From a virus: 64,000 nt of DNA. The notes under the pieces were generated by a model. The model was not told the DNA's origin. It did no database searches and worked only from the letters and a program-made list of their open reading frames with translations. The DNA lies in IMG/VR virus record IMGVR_UViG_3300009155_000044, positions 1 to 64,000 of that record. One strand, 5' to 3'. The position numbers were made by a program, and so were the translations under genes. Positions 9,307 to 18,754 of the stretch are shown here, piece after piece. The stretch's first letter is position 1, and each line of letters begins with the position of its first letter.

Positions 9307-9513
9307 ATGGACCTTCTTCTTCAAATCTTTAAAGCTCAGCCATGGTTTCCAGTTGTTACTGCTGTTGTTACAGCAGCATCAGCAGTGGCTGCAATCACTC
9401 CAACTCCTAAACCAGGATCTCGCTGGGCAAAACTCTATAAAATCATTGATTTTGCTGCACTTAATATTGGCAAAGCAAAAGACACTGGAATTGCTCCCGT
9501 TGTTAAAAAATAA
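9307..9513 (+). CDS. small membrane protein (holin-like)
   Basis: Hydrophobic helix, AITPTP motif, directly after the endolysin. Confidence 0.6.
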   Translation: MDLLLQIFKAQPWFPVVTAVVTAASAVAAITPTPKPGSRWAKLYKIIDFAALNIGKAKDTGIAPVVKK

Positions 9514-9541
9514 TTGACAACTGAGAAATTCTCTCTATACT
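9514..9541 (+). promoter_or_regulatory. sigma70-type promoter
   Basis: TTGACA-N16-TATACT. Confidence 0.65.
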
Positions 9542-9560
9542 TGCGGAACTAAAACATTTA

Positions 9561-9587
9561 GCAGTCCCATCTTGGGACTGCTTTTTC
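9561..9587 (+). terminator. intrinsic terminator
   Basis: GCAGTCCCA TCT TGGGACTGC followed by TTTTT. Confidence 0.7.
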
Positions 9588-9591
9588 ATTT

Positions 9592-9804
9592 ATGAATACT
9601 AAAACTAGATACGAAATCATTCACAGTGGCAATCGAATTGGCGCTTTTTCCACTTCAATTCGTCAAAAAGCTTTTGAAAGTTATGCATCAATATGCGAGG
9701 CTTTTCCAAAAGACGTTGTGATGATTAAAGAAATTATTAACATCACAAATATTATTGCTCAGTCTGACGATCATCGACAATGCTCTTTTAACTTTGATGA
9801 GTAA
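9592..9804 (+). CDS. hypothetical protein
   Basis: ORF track. Confidence 0.55.
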   Translation: MNTKTRYEIIHSGNRIGAFSTSIRQKAFESYASICEAFPKDVVMIKEIINITNIIAQSDDHRQCSFNFDE

Positions 9805-9912
9805 AAATCATCTCTTGCATCCTGATCAAGTATCAAATACTCTTGACAAATCATCATGATGGGCTACTATTGCACTAGATTGAAAACTTCATCTTTTCTA
9901 GATTAAAATAAT

Positions 9913-10587
9913 ATGGACATTTATATTCTTGGCGATAATCATGGTCAATACAGTGAATTATTAAAAATTATTAATAAATTTGACTTGCGCGACTCTTACA
10001 TACTTCATGTTGGCGATGGTGGAGAAGGATTTTTAGATAATTATAGATCTTTGGATTTGTATTGCGATTTAAATAGTGTATTCTTAAGCAGGAATATTCA
10101 ATACTTGAGCATTCGCGGCAATCATAGCAATCCTGATTTTTTTCATGGTAATTTTAAACTATCTAATTTTGAGCTTTTGGAAGATTATTCGTTTCGAGAA
10201 ATCGAAGGAATTAAATTCTTCTTCGTGGGTGGAGCAATATCCATCGACCGAAAAGTTAGACAAGAAGGAATAGACTGGTGGAGAGGAGAGGAGTTTGTTT
10301 TAATTCCTGAAAAAGCGCAAAAATGTGATGTTTTAATCACTCACTCCGCTCCAAATTGGAATGGTCCAACTACTAAAGGTCCAATTCGTAGCTGGGAAAT
10401 TGACGATGCAACTCTTTGGGCAGAGTGCTGCGAAGAGAGAAAAAATATTTCCGAATTAATTCGTTTATGTCAGCCCGATAAACATTTTTGCGGTCACTTT
10501 CACAGTGTTTTTCTTGCGCAAAATAATAATTGTAAAAGCCGCGTTTGCGCTGAACTTGAACTCTACAGACTAAACTATGAAAAATAA
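9913..10587 (+). CDS. calcineurin-like metallophosphoesterase
   Basis: GDNHG, HVGD, RGNH, LITHSAP, GHFH motifs. Confidence 0.9.
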   Translation: MDIYILGDNHGQYSELLKIINKFDLRDSYILHVGDGGEGFLDNYRSLDLYCDLNSVFLSRNIQYLSIRGNHSNPDFFHGNFKLSNFELLEDYSFREIEGIKFFFVGGAISIDRKVRQEGIDWWRGEEFVLIPEKAQKCDVLITHSAPNWNGPTTKGPIRSWEIDDATLWAECCEERKNISELIRLCQPDKHFCGHFHSVFLAQNNNCKSRVCAELELYRLNYEK

Positions 10588-10654
10588 AGTATCACTCATT
10601 AATAGATGCTGACATCATGTCTCACATTCATAAAATATATGTGTAATAAATTAT

Positions 10655-11446
10655 ATGGATAAAATAAGCGGGATATATAAAATCAAATGTTTAAAAAATG
10701 AAAAAATTTATATAGGTTCATCATTTAATATAATAAAAAGAATTGATAATCATTTTAAAAAATTAAAAAATAAAAATCATATAAATAGACATCTTCAAGC
10801 ATCTTACGATATATACGGTGAAGATAATTTTACTTGGGAAATTTTAGAGCAATGTGATGTTGAATTTTTGTTAGACAGGGAACAGTTTTGGATGGATAAA
10901 ACTAAGTGTTACGATAGAACACTTGGATTTAATAACTGTATGAAATCAGATAGACCTTCGGGGTATAAGCATACTGAAGAAGCAAAGCTTAAAATATCGG
11001 AATTAAAATCAGGAAGAAAGTTAAGTCAAGAACATATAGATAAAATTGCAAAATCCAACACTGGTAAAAAAAGAAGCGAAGAATATAAGCGTAAAATGTC
11101 AGAATCTAGATTAGGCGAAAAAAATCCAATGTTTGGAAAAAAACAAGATGAAAACCATAAAGCAGAGAGAATGAAAAATTTTCTAGCTACTCCAAGATGG
11201 AATAAAGGCTTGACGAAAGAAGAAGATCCTCGTCTACTAAAACTAGCTTGGTGGAAAGGTAAAATACCACCCAACGCTCTTAAATGTCAATTGATAAATA
11301 AAAAAACTGAAGAAATTTGGTTTGCTGATTCTTTAAGAAAATTAGCTGATAATTGTCCATTAAGTTTATCTACAATTAATAGATTAAAAAATAATACTTG
11401 TAGCGATATAATAAAACAAACTTACGAATTAAAATATGAATATTAA
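10655..11446 (+). CDS. GIY-YIG homing endonuclease with NUMOD3-like repeats
   Basis: SGIYKI...IYIGSS...RI..H; HTEEAKLKIS / HIDKIAKS repeats. Confidence 0.9.
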   Translation: MDKISGIYKIKCLKNEKIYIGSSFNIIKRIDNHFKKLKNKNHINRHLQASYDIYGEDNFTWEILEQCDVEFLLDREQFWMDKTKCYDRTLGFNNCMKSDRPSGYKHTEEAKLKISELKSGRKLSQEHIDKIAKSNTGKKRSEEYKRKMSESRLGEKNPMFGKKQDENHKAERMKNFLATPRWNKGLTKEEDPRLLKLAWWKGKIPPNALKCQLINKKTEEIWFADSLRKLADNCPLSLSTINRLKNNTCSDIIKQTYELKYEY

Positions 11447-12077
11447 ACTAATAGCTGCAACTTCACCAAGAGTCGAAGGATTGCATAATGCTGAAGATAT
11501 TGTTTCGTACTGTGCAAGAGTAAGTAATCCATCTAATCAGATGAATACTGAAACCGCACCAAGACTTCTCAAATATCTAATTAAACATCAACATTGGAGT
11601 CCATTTGAAATGGCAAGTGTTACTATTGAAATTACTACAAGTAGAGCTATTGCCGCACAAATTCTAAGACATAGATCTTTCGCATTTCAGGAATTCAGTC
11701 AAAGATACAGTGTAGCTACAAAGTTAGAGGATATTCAATGGCGAATGCAAGGCCAAACCAATAGACAAGTTGGTGATGCTAAAGTCGATTTATCGCCAGA
11801 AAAACTTGAATTAGTCAATAATGCGCTTGGCAGTAGTCTTAAAGCGTATGACGCATTAATTGAAGTTGGTGTTGCTAAAGAATGCGCTAGAATGGTGTTG
11901 CCATTAACTACGCAGACTACCATGTATATGACAGGCACACTTCGCAGCTGGATTCATTACATCGAATTGAGAGCAAAGGAAGATACGCAAAAGGAACACA
12001 GAGAAATTGTCGTAGGAATCAAGGATATATTTATACAAGAGTTCCCTGTCGTTAGTGAAGCTTTAGGTTGGACTTGA
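11436..12077 (+). CDS. thyX: FAD-dependent thymidylate synthase
   Basis: HWSPFE, QILRHRSFAFQEFSQRY, ECARMVLP, TQKEHRE motifs. Confidence 0.96.
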   Translation: MNIKLIAATSPRVEGLHNAEDIVSYCARVSNPSNQMNTETAPRLLKYLIKHQHWSPFEMASVTIEITTSRAIAAQILRHRSFAFQEFSQRYSVATKLEDIQWRMQGQTNRQVGDAKVDLSPEKLELVNNALGSSLKAYDALIEVGVAKECARMVLPLTTQTTMYMTGTLRSWIHYIELRAKEDTQKEHREIVVGIKDIFIQEFPVVSEALGWT

Positions 12078-12080
12078 AAC

Positions 12081-12323
12081 GTGACTGACAACATTTCAAT
12101 AGATACAATTCGAGCATCTGCATGAAAATCTACAAAAGATTCTATGTGGAGGACAGTATGTAGTACAATATTCCCATTATCAGATTATGAGATTTGGGAC
12201 TCTAGAAAAGATTATATAAGAACTATACATAACTCCATAAGAAATAATGTGAGTTCTTCTGTAAAAGATTACTTTACAACTGAAATATTAATACAATATT
12301 ACGAACAAAATGCTAGTATTTAA
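12081..12323 (+). pseudogene. diverged outlying member of the SVxx mini-ORF family with an internal TGA
   Basis: Hand translation: ...RASA*KSTKDSMWRTV...IWDS...NSIRNNVSSSVKDYFTTE...; shares the xDYF C-cap. Confidence 0.55.
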
Positions 12324-12356
12324 CCTCATTTTTTGTTATATACTGTAAAGATATAT

Positions 12357-12674
12357 ATGGAAACAGAAAAGTCATTATTAAAGGAATTCATAGAACATGG
12401 ATGGATTGTTCCTTTGATTGGGGCTGGAGCAATGTTGGCAAGATTATTATCATCCGACTCTAATTTAACCATAGCTAATCAAATCAAACGCATCATCACT
12501 GCTGCTATCAGCAGTGGTGTTGCATGGTTTGTTTTAGAGCAGACAGATATTTCTAGTCTTTACAAAGCAGTTACTTATGGCATTATAGGAGTCATCTCAC
12601 CAGAAGTGATTACTGGCATTGTGAACATTGGAATGAAATTTGCATCTGATCCATTTAAATTCTTTAAAAAATAA
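12357..12674 (+). CDS. membrane protein (holin-like)
   Basis: Three hydrophobic segments, basic C-terminus FFKK. Confidence 0.65.
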   Translation: METEKSLLKEFIEHGWIVPLIGAGAMLARLLSSDSNLTIANQIKRIITAAISSGVAWFVLEQTDISSLYKAVTYGIIGVISPEVITGIVNIGMKFASDPFKFFKK

Positions 12675-12675
12675 A

Positions 12676-12825
12676 ATGTATCAGTATAATTGTAAAATCA
12701 TTGAAATTATTGATGGAGATACTGTTAAAGTTGATATTGATGTTGGCTTTAATATTTGGATGAACAACATGGTCATTCGACTACTGGGAATATTAGAAGC
12801 TCTGGGAAAAATTCCCAAAAATTGA
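12676..12825 (+). pseudogene. truncated staphylococcal-nuclease (SNase)-like gene
   Basis: MYQYNCKIIEIIDGDTVKVDIDVGF...IRLLGI then early divergence and stop. Confidence 0.7.
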
Positions 12826-12870
12826 TTGAAAATCCTTGACTCTTTCTGAATGAGTGGTAAAATATAGGAC

Positions 12871-13296
12871 ATGAGTGCCTATTCTAATATTCAAGATAAG
12901 TCCGCAGAAATTGTTTATAAAAAGCGGGGTAAAAAATACGCGCCAGTCAATGATCCTTGGGGTTATCAAGGACTCTCTGCTGGTTGGTGGTTGGTAAAAG
13001 TATCTGACAAAGGAGGAGTCTCCATGCGCAGTACTATTTATCCTCGCAACGCTGAAATTATTGCTGCTGCTCGCGACAAGTGTCAGTCTTTGATTCAAAT
13101 CATTCGAGAAGCTAGTGAAGCTCGACCATCTAAAGTGCAAATTTCCCCAGAAGCATTAGCAGATTGGCAAGCTTTAATCGCTAAACATGGATCAGAATTT
13201 AGTCAACTTCAATACCCCAGCTTTAACGAGAATGCTGAAAAAATCATTGAAGCTTTAATGTCTGATAAAGTTCCACAAAATGAAAATCATTTTTAA
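12871..13296 (+). CDS. hypothetical protein
   Basis: ORF track, 141 aa. Confidence 0.7.
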   Translation: MSAYSNIQDKSAEIVYKKRGKKYAPVNDPWGYQGLSAGWWLVKVSDKGGVSMRSTIYPRNAEIIAAARDKCQSLIQIIREASEARPSKVQISPEALADWQALIAKHGSEFSQLQYPSFNENAEKIIEALMSDKVPQNENHF

Positions 13297-13434
13297 TAAA
13301 ATTAAAAAATCATTAATCTTAAATACGATTGAAGAATTTTGAAAAAACGTTGACAAGGAAACTCTTCCATGGTAATGTTCAACATAATAAAAATTGCATC
13401 AACAAAACAAAATACAAACCAACAAAACAAAACA

Positions 13435-14394
13435 ATGATTGAATCCCTTACTCCAGAACAAACTGCCAAAATGCCAGAATACACTAAAAAGTGGCTTGCA
13501 ATTGGCATTAACACTGATCGTCTTGACTACGATGAAACTGTGAGCATCATTCACAAAGTGCAAACTAATTTGCTCAAAACTGAGACTACTCCAGTTATTA
13601 TTGTTAATAATCCAGTAGAAGCTTGGGTTGCTTGTCACTTCCTTAAAGCTGGTGTTGAAGTGAAAGATGTTCCTGCGAAAGTTGAAGAATACTTTGTCAA
13701 AGGACTTAAAATGGAGATTGAGACTTATACCACTCCGTATCTCAACGGATCGTTCGACGCGAACGTTTGGAGCTTCTACGACTTCTTCAAAGATGAAGTA
13801 GGAATTGACTTCAAAGAAGCGAGTGAGAATTATGCTATCTGGCATTCGACTCATAAGCTTGGGCAGATTTATCCAATGCCGACGGCAGTGGTTGTGAGTC
13901 AAAAGCCTACTGTGATTCACCTCAATGAAGACAATGTGACTCACTGTGACGGTGGTCCAGCCATTGCTTACGATGGTTATGGACTAAACAGTATCTTCAT
14001 CCTCAACGGAACGAGAGTTCCTGAGTGGTTGGCAGTTACTCCAAGCAATGAACTCACTCTTGATCAGTACAATACTCTGGACAATGCAGACCACAAAATG
14101 GAGTTTGTTCGTAAATTCGGAGTTGAAAGAATGCTCTCTTTTGGCAAGAAGATTGACTCTTACGAAAACTATCCTGATCAAGAGTGGTGGACTAAGAGTG
14201 AGTATGAACTTTGGGACATGGCCGCTTTGTACTCAGGCATTGATTATGCTCCTCACCTGAAGATGCTTAATCAAACTGTTGGAGTGTGGCATGTCGAAAG
14301 TGTCTCTCCAGAGTGTAAGAATCTTAAACAGGCTATTGCAGAACGACTTGGAGGCATTGACTTATCAGATCATGAAATTGTGGGCATCGCTTAA
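13435..14394 (+). CDS. DUF6745-like phage protein
   Basis: LTPEQ...Y..KWLAIG N-terminus; W.FYDFF, VSQKPT.IH.....HC.GGPAI.Y.G, NG.RVP motifs (family recalled, not searched). Confidence 0.75.
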   Translation: MIESLTPEQTAKMPEYTKKWLAIGINTDRLDYDETVSIIHKVQTNLLKTETTPVIIVNNPVEAWVACHFLKAGVEVKDVPAKVEEYFVKGLKMEIETYTTPYLNGSFDANVWSFYDFFKDEVGIDFKEASENYAIWHSTHKLGQIYPMPTAVVVSQKPTVIHLNEDNVTHCDGGPAIAYDGYGLNSIFILNGTRVPEWLAVTPSNELTLDQYNTLDNADHKMEFVRKFGVERMLSFGKKIDSYENYPDQEWWTKSEYELWDMAALYSGIDYAPHLKMLNQTVGVWHVESVSPECKNLKQAIAERLGGIDLSDHEIVGIA

Positions 14395-14427
14395 TTAAAC
14401 ATCCAACAACAAACAATAAGCAAATAT

Positions 14428-14787
14428 ATGAAAAAGAAAATCACCAATATTAAAAAGAAAATTATTCTTCACGGCGAATGCATTGTGGCTCAGTGCTCTA
14501 GTCTTCCTGATGATGTCATTGCAGAGAGTCATGCAACTTCATCCGTTATCGTGGCTAATAGCGAAGTCACTGGAAATCATCACGTTATTGCTAATAAGCC
14601 TGGAGTTGTTTTTTATAACTCCAAGACTACTGGCAAGCGCTACATGAATAGCTCTGTTCCTACTAATATTAGTTGTGTAATGGCTGAGCGTCACACTACC
14701 ATTGACATTGTGCCTGGCACTTATGTAATTGGCATTCAACAAGAATACGATTACATCGCTCAAGCTAAGCGAAATGTAGCTGATTAA
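14428..14787 (+). CDS. small beta-barrel/cupin-like partner of DUF6745-like proteins
   Basis: HGE, SEVTGNHH, H..I....G.Y.I..QQEY......RNVAD motifs. Confidence 0.75.
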   Translation: MKKKITNIKKKIILHGECIVAQCSSLPDDVIAESHATSSVIVANSEVTGNHHVIANKPGVVFYNSKTTGKRYMNSSVPTNISCVMAERHTTIDIVPGTYVIGIQQEYDYIAQAKRNVAD

Positions 14788-14819
14788 TTAATTTCTAGGG
14801 AATTCTGTAGGGAATTTAA

Positions 14820-14855
14820 AGGCTCTCTGAAATACAACTTCAGAGAGCCTTTTTA
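14820..14855 (+). terminator. intrinsic terminator
   Basis: GGCTCTCTGAA ATACAAC TTCAGAGAGCC followed by TTTTT. Confidence 0.75.
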
Positions 14856-15061
14856 TTATAATAAAATGAATAACAACGATGTGGAAAATCTTTAAATTCT
14901 TCTAATCTTGAAGTTCGGAGGAATGTAGGATTTAAAATATGGATGTTGACAGATTATGCTGTATGGAATAATGACTCTTTTTATAATATGAGTATCATTA
15001 TAAAAAGACCTGTAGCAGATTCTGTAAGAGATCACTTCAAATAAAAATTAATAATAAAGCA

Positions 15062-15241
15062 ATGAACAATTTTAATATTCGTAAAGCTGTATGGGATTCT
15101 GTATGGGATTCTGTAGGATGTTTAGTATGGGATTCTGCATGGGATTCTATATGGAGTTCTGTATATAATTCTGTAGAGAGTTCTGTAGGAAGTTCTGTAC
15201 AAGCTTCTACAAAAGATTACTTTCAAAACGACCTCCGCTGA
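15062..15241 (+). CDS. SVxx-repeat mini-protein 1 (59 aa)
   Basis: Hand translation MNNFNIRKAVWDSV...KDYFQNDLR. Confidence 0.7.
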   Translation: MNNFNIRKAVWDSVWDSVGCLVWDSAWDSIWSSVYNSVESSVGSSVQASTKDYFQNDLR

Positions 15242-15250
15242 AATAAAGCA

Positions 15251-15490
15251 ATGAATGACATTAGCGTCTATAAAGCTGTATGGGATTCTGTAGAGGATTC
15301 TGTAGAGGACTCTGTAAGTAATTCTGTATCGAATTCTGTATGGAATTCTGTATCGAATTCTATAGCAGTTTCTGTAGCGGTTTCTGTAAGGAGTTATGTA
15401 AGGGATCTTGTAGAAGATTCTGTATGGAATTCTGTATTGGATTCTGTAGAGGATTCTACAAAAGATTACTTTCAAAACAAACTCCGCTAA
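15251..15490 (+). CDS. SVxx-repeat mini-protein 2
   Basis: ORF track. Confidence 0.75.
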   Translation: MNDISVYKAVWDSVEDSVEDSVSNSVSNSVWNSVSNSIAVSVAVSVRSYVRDLVEDSVWNSVLDSVEDSTKDYFQNKLR

Positions 15491-15499
15491 AATAAAGCA

Positions 15500-15724
15500 A
15501 TGAACAGTACTATCATTCGTAAAGCTGTATGGAATTCTGTAAAGGATTCTGTAAAGGATTCTGTAGAGGATCCTATATGGGTTTTTGTAGAGGTTTCTGT
15601 ATCGCGTTCTATAAGGATTTCTGTAGAGGCTTCTATATCGCGTTCTGTAGAGGTTTCTGTATCGCGTTCTGTAGAGTTTGATTCTGTAAGGAGTTCTGTA
15701 AGGGATCACTTCGAACAAAAATGA
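15500..15724 (+). CDS. SVxx-repeat mini-protein 3
   Basis: ORF track. Confidence 0.75.
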   Translation: MNSTIIRKAVWNSVKDSVKDSVEDPIWVFVEVSVSRSIRISVEASISRSVEVSVSRSVEFDSVRSSVRDHFEQK

Positions 15725-15930
15725 TTATGAACGACTCCACTATTCGTGAAGCTGCAAGCATAGGTAGTTCTATATGCACTTCTATAGAGAATGACGCATG
15801 GCATTCTATAATTAATGCTGTAGACGATTCTATATGGGAGCTTGTAATGAATTCTCTATTAGATTCTGGATGGGAGTCTATAAGGGATTTTGTAGGAAGT
15901 TCTGTAGGGGAATACTTCGAACAAAAATAA
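15721..15930 (+). CDS. SVxx-repeat mini-protein 4 (diverged)
   Basis: ORF track. Confidence 0.75.
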   Translation: MIMNDSTIREAASIGSSICTSIENDAWHSIINAVDDSIWELVMNSLLDSGWESIRDFVGSSVGEYFEQK

Positions 15931-15932
15931 TT

Positions 15933-16124
15933 ATGAATAAAATTAATGATTCTGTAGAGGGATCTGCAAGGGATTCTGTAAGGAGTTATGTAAGGAGGTC
16001 TGTAGAGGTTTCTGTATGGGATTCTGTAGCGAGTTCTGTAGCGAGTTCTGTAGCGAGTTCTGCATGGAGTTCTGTAGGGGATTCTGTAGATGATTCTGCA
16101 AGAGATTACTTCGAACAAAAATAA
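15933..16124 (+). CDS. SVxx-repeat mini-protein 5
   Basis: TAATTATG start; the track extends it spuriously upstream. Confidence 0.75.
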   Translation: MNKINDSVEGSARDSVRSYVRRSVEVSVWDSVASSVASSVASSAWSSVGDSVDDSARDYFEQK

Positions 16125-16130
16125 ATAATT

Positions 16131-16346
16131 ATGAATAAAATTAATAAATCTGTATGGAATTCTGTAGGGGATTCTGTAGGTAATTCTGTATGGAATTCTG
16201 TAAGTAATTCTGTATGGAATTCTGTAGGGGATTCTGTATGGCATTCTTTAATGAGTTCTGTAAGGAGTTCTGTAGGGGATTTTGTATTGGCTTCTATAAG
16301 AACTTCTATAGCAGATTCTGCAAGAGATTATTTTGAACAAAATTAA
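16131..16346 (+). CDS. SVxx-repeat mini-protein 6
   Basis: ORF track. Confidence 0.75.
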   Translation: MNKINKSVWNSVGDSVGNSVWNSVSNSVWNSVGDSVWHSLMSSVRSSVGDFVLASIRTSIADSARDYFEQN

Positions 16347-16584
16347 TATCAATAAAATTAATGACAATATGTGGAATTTAATGTGGAATTCTCCTAGAAC
16401 TTCTATAATAGAGTTTGTCGCGAATCCTATATATAATATTATATCACATTCTGTCGAGGATGATCTACGTTATTCTATAAGGATTTCTGTAGGGGATTCT
16501 GTAAGAGATTCTACAAGAGATTCTATAGGAGATTCTATAGAAGATTCTGTAAGAGATTATTTCAAACAAAATAATTATGAATAA
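16333..16584 (+). CDS. SVxx-repeat mini-protein 7 (diverged; start uncertain)
   Basis: ORF track. Confidence 0.6.
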   Translation: MNKININKINDNMWNLMWNSPRTSIIEFVANPIYNIISHSVEDDLRYSIRISVGDSVRDSTRDSIGDSIEDSVRDYFKQNNYE

Positions 16585-16864
16585 AATTAATGATTCTGTA
16601 GAGGGATCTGTAAGGAGTTCTGTAAGGGATTCTGTATGGAGTTCTGTATGGAATTCTGTAAATCATTCTGTATGGAGTTCTGTAGTGAGTTCTGTAGGTA
16701 ATTCTGTATGGAATTCTGTATATAATTCTGTAGGGAGTTCTGTAGTGAGTTCTGTTCGCGTAAGTCGTTCAAAATCAATGAGTTACGCAGTAGGGAGTTC
16801 TGTAGATGATTCTGTAGAGGATTTTGTCGTAGGTTTTGTAATCGATTACTTCGAACAAAAATAA
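16577..16864 (+). CDS. SVxx-repeat mini-protein 8
   Basis: ORF track. Confidence 0.75.
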   Translation: MNKINDSVEGSVRSSVRDSVWSSVWNSVNHSVWSSVVSSVGNSVWNSVYNSVGSSVVSSVRVSRSKSMSYAVGSSVDDSVEDFVVGFVIDYFEQK

Positions 16865-16870
16865 ATAATT

Positions 16871-17059
16871 ATGAATAAAATTAATGATTCTGTAGAGGGA
16901 TCTGTAAGGAGTTCTGTAAGGGATTCTGTAGGGAGTTCTGTATGGGTTTCTGTATGGGTTTCTGTAGCGAGTTCTGTATGGCATTCTGTAAAGGGTTCTG
17001 TAAGGAGTTCTGTCGGAGATTCTGCAAGAGATTATTTCGATTATTTCAAACAAAAATAA
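16871..17059 (+). CDS. SVxx-repeat mini-protein 9
   Basis: ORF track. Confidence 0.75.
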   Translation: MNKINDSVEGSVRSSVRDSVGSSVWVSVWVSVASSVWHSVKGSVRSSVGDSARDYFDYFKQK

Positions 17060-17061
17060 TT

Positions 17062-17238
17062 ATGAATGATGAAATTAATTATACTGAGATATTTAATATT
17101 AGAAGCTTTATAGGTTCTTTTATAAGCAATTCTGTAGAAATATCTGTATGGAGCGATATATGGGATACTATAGTGCATCCTATGAAAGATTCTGTACGGC
17201 GTTCTATACGCGATTTTGTAGATGATTACTTCGAATAA
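17062..17238 (+). CDS. SVxx-repeat mini-protein 10 (diverged)
   Basis: TAATTATG start, ends DDYFE. Confidence 0.7.
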   Translation: MNDEINYTEIFNIRSFIGSFISNSVEISVWSDIWDTIVHPMKDSVRRSIRDFVDDYFE

Positions 17239-17312
17239 AATCAACGATTAACTATTCAGCAAAATTCCCCGAAAACCTCTTGACTTCCATATCGATTGAA
17301 GTATGCTCAATC

Positions 17313-17807
17313 ATGCTCAAAATTCAAACTATTAAAATGCCTCAATTATCTTGCGAATTAGAAGAATTTCTTTCTGCAACAGATCAAGACTTGAATCTCG
17401 CCCAAGAAGTTTCTAATTGGACGCTTAAGAGGAGTGAAGGAATTTATTCTGACGGGGAATTTGCTTATTATTCAGTAATTATGGAAATTCCCATCAGAGG
17501 CATTATAGATCGCACTATGCATAAACCAGTTTGGATTCGATCTACTGTGAAGATGCATTCTGGTGGACGTTGGGAACCTGATGAGTATGATGAAGTTTTA
17601 GTAGATGCAGGCCAAGTTTTTTTATCTTTAGCGGATGCTGTGAAACAATCAAAACTAGATAACTATGAGAAAGAACTGATGGAAATAAACAACTCTTGCT
17701 CAATTTGTGATGGTTCTGGAATGGAAGATTATTTTGCAGAAATTTCTTGCAAAGCTTGTTTGGGCGCAGGTCATCATTTTTTCATTAAACCGCAAAAAAA
17801 TAAATAA
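17313..17807 (+). CDS. hypothetical protein with C-terminal CxxC...CxxC Zn-finger, inserted in the array
   Basis: CSICDGSG...CKACLGAG; own promoter TTGACT-N16-TATGCT at 17280-17307. Confidence 0.7.
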   Translation: MLKIQTIKMPQLSCELEEFLSATDQDLNLAQEVSNWTLKRSEGIYSDGEFAYYSVIMEIPIRGIIDRTMHKPVWIRSTVKMHSGGRWEPDEYDEVLVDAGQVFLSLADAVKQSKLDNYEKELMEINNSCSICDGSGMEDYFAEISCKACLGAGHHFFIKPQKNK

Positions 17808-17812
17808 CTTAT

Positions 17813-17884
17813 ATGAGATAATTAAAATTTAAAGTATATATTCCTGATTATGAGAAATCAAAAGATTACTTCCAACAAAAATAA
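17813..17884 (+). pseudogene. chimeric relic: YopX 5' end (CAA->TAA at codon 3) fused to a mini-ORF tail KDYFQQK
   Basis: ATGAGATAATTAAAATTTAAAGTATATATTCCTGAT matches 21499 ATGAGACAATTAAAATTTAGGGTATATATTCCTGAT. Confidence 0.75.
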
Positions 17885-17886
17885 TT

Positions 17887-18114
17887 ATGAATAAAATTGA
17901 AAATTCTACAAGGTATTCTGTAAGGGCTTCTGTAAGGGCTTCTGTAAGGGTTTCTGTAAGCAATTATGTAAGGGATTCTGCAAGGGATTCTGTAAGGGAT
18001 TCTGTATGGGATTCTGTGTGGGTTTCTGTGGGGGTTTCTGTGGGGGTTTCTGTGGGGAGTTCTGTATGGAATTCGGTAGGGGATTACTTTTCAAAACGAA
18101 CTCCACTAAAATAA
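17887..18114 (+). CDS. SVxx-repeat mini-protein 11
   Basis: ORF track. Confidence 0.75.
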   Translation: MNKIENSTRYSVRASVRASVRVSVSNYVRDSARDSVRDSVWDSVWVSVGVSVGVSVGSSVWNSVGDYFSKRTPLK

Positions 18115-18118
18115 AGGA

Positions 18119-18352
18119 ATGAACAACTTTAACATTCGTAATTCTGTAAGGAATTCTGTATGGGATTCTGTAGCGGGTTCCATATGGGATTCTGTAGGGG
18201 ATTCTGTATGGGATTCTACAAGGAGTTTTGTAAGTTATGCTGTATGGGATTCTGTAAGGGATTCTGTAAGGGATTCTGTATGGAATTCTGTAGAGGATCC
18301 TGTGTGGGATTCTGTGTGGAGTTCTGTAGAGAATTATTTCCAACAAAAATAA
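18119..18352 (+). CDS. SVxx-repeat mini-protein 12
   Basis: ORF track. Confidence 0.75.
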   Translation: MNNFNIRNSVRNSVWDSVAGSIWDSVGDSVWDSTRSFVSYAVWDSVRDSVRDSVWNSVEDPVWDSVWSSVENYFQQK

Positions 18353-18354
18353 TT

Positions 18355-18522
18355 ATGAATAAAATTAACGTTGCTGTAAGGAATTCTGTATGGAGTTCTG
18401 TATGGAGTTCTGTAGGGTTTTCTGTAAGGTGGTCTGTAGGGGATTCTGTAGGGGATTCTGTAGGGAGTTCTGTAAGGGATTCTGTATTGATTTCTGTAGA
18501 GAATTATTTCCAACAAAAATAA
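18355..18522 (+). CDS. SVxx-repeat mini-protein 13
   Basis: TAATTATG start. Confidence 0.75.
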   Translation: MNKINVAVRNSVWSSVWSSVGFSVRWSVGDSVGDSVGSSVRDSVLISVENYFQQK

Positions 18523-18524
18523 TT

Positions 18525-18752
18525 ATGAATAAAATTGAAAATTCTGTAAGGGATTCTGTAAGGGATTCTGTATGGAGTTCTGTAAGGTGGTCTGTAGGGG
18601 ATTCTGTAGGGGATTCTGTAGCGAGTTCTGTGGGGCGTTCTGTAAGAGATTCTGTATGGTGGTCTGTAATGAATCCTGTAGCAGATTCTGTAGGGAGTTC
18701 TGTAAGCGATTCTGTATGGAGTTCTGTAGAGAATTATTTCAAACAAAAATAA
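18525..18752 (+). CDS. SVxx-repeat mini-protein 14
   Basis: TAATTATG start. Confidence 0.75.
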   Translation: MNKIENSVRDSVRDSVWSSVRWSVGDSVGDSVASSVGRSVRDSVWWSVMNPVADSVGSSVSDSVWSSVENYFKQK

Positions 18753-18754
18753 TT

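Noticed and set aside
9798-9908. Broken ORF MSKNHLLHPDQVSNTLDK..., vaguely like an aminotransferase N-terminus
   Set aside because: Too short and frameshifted to support any assignment.
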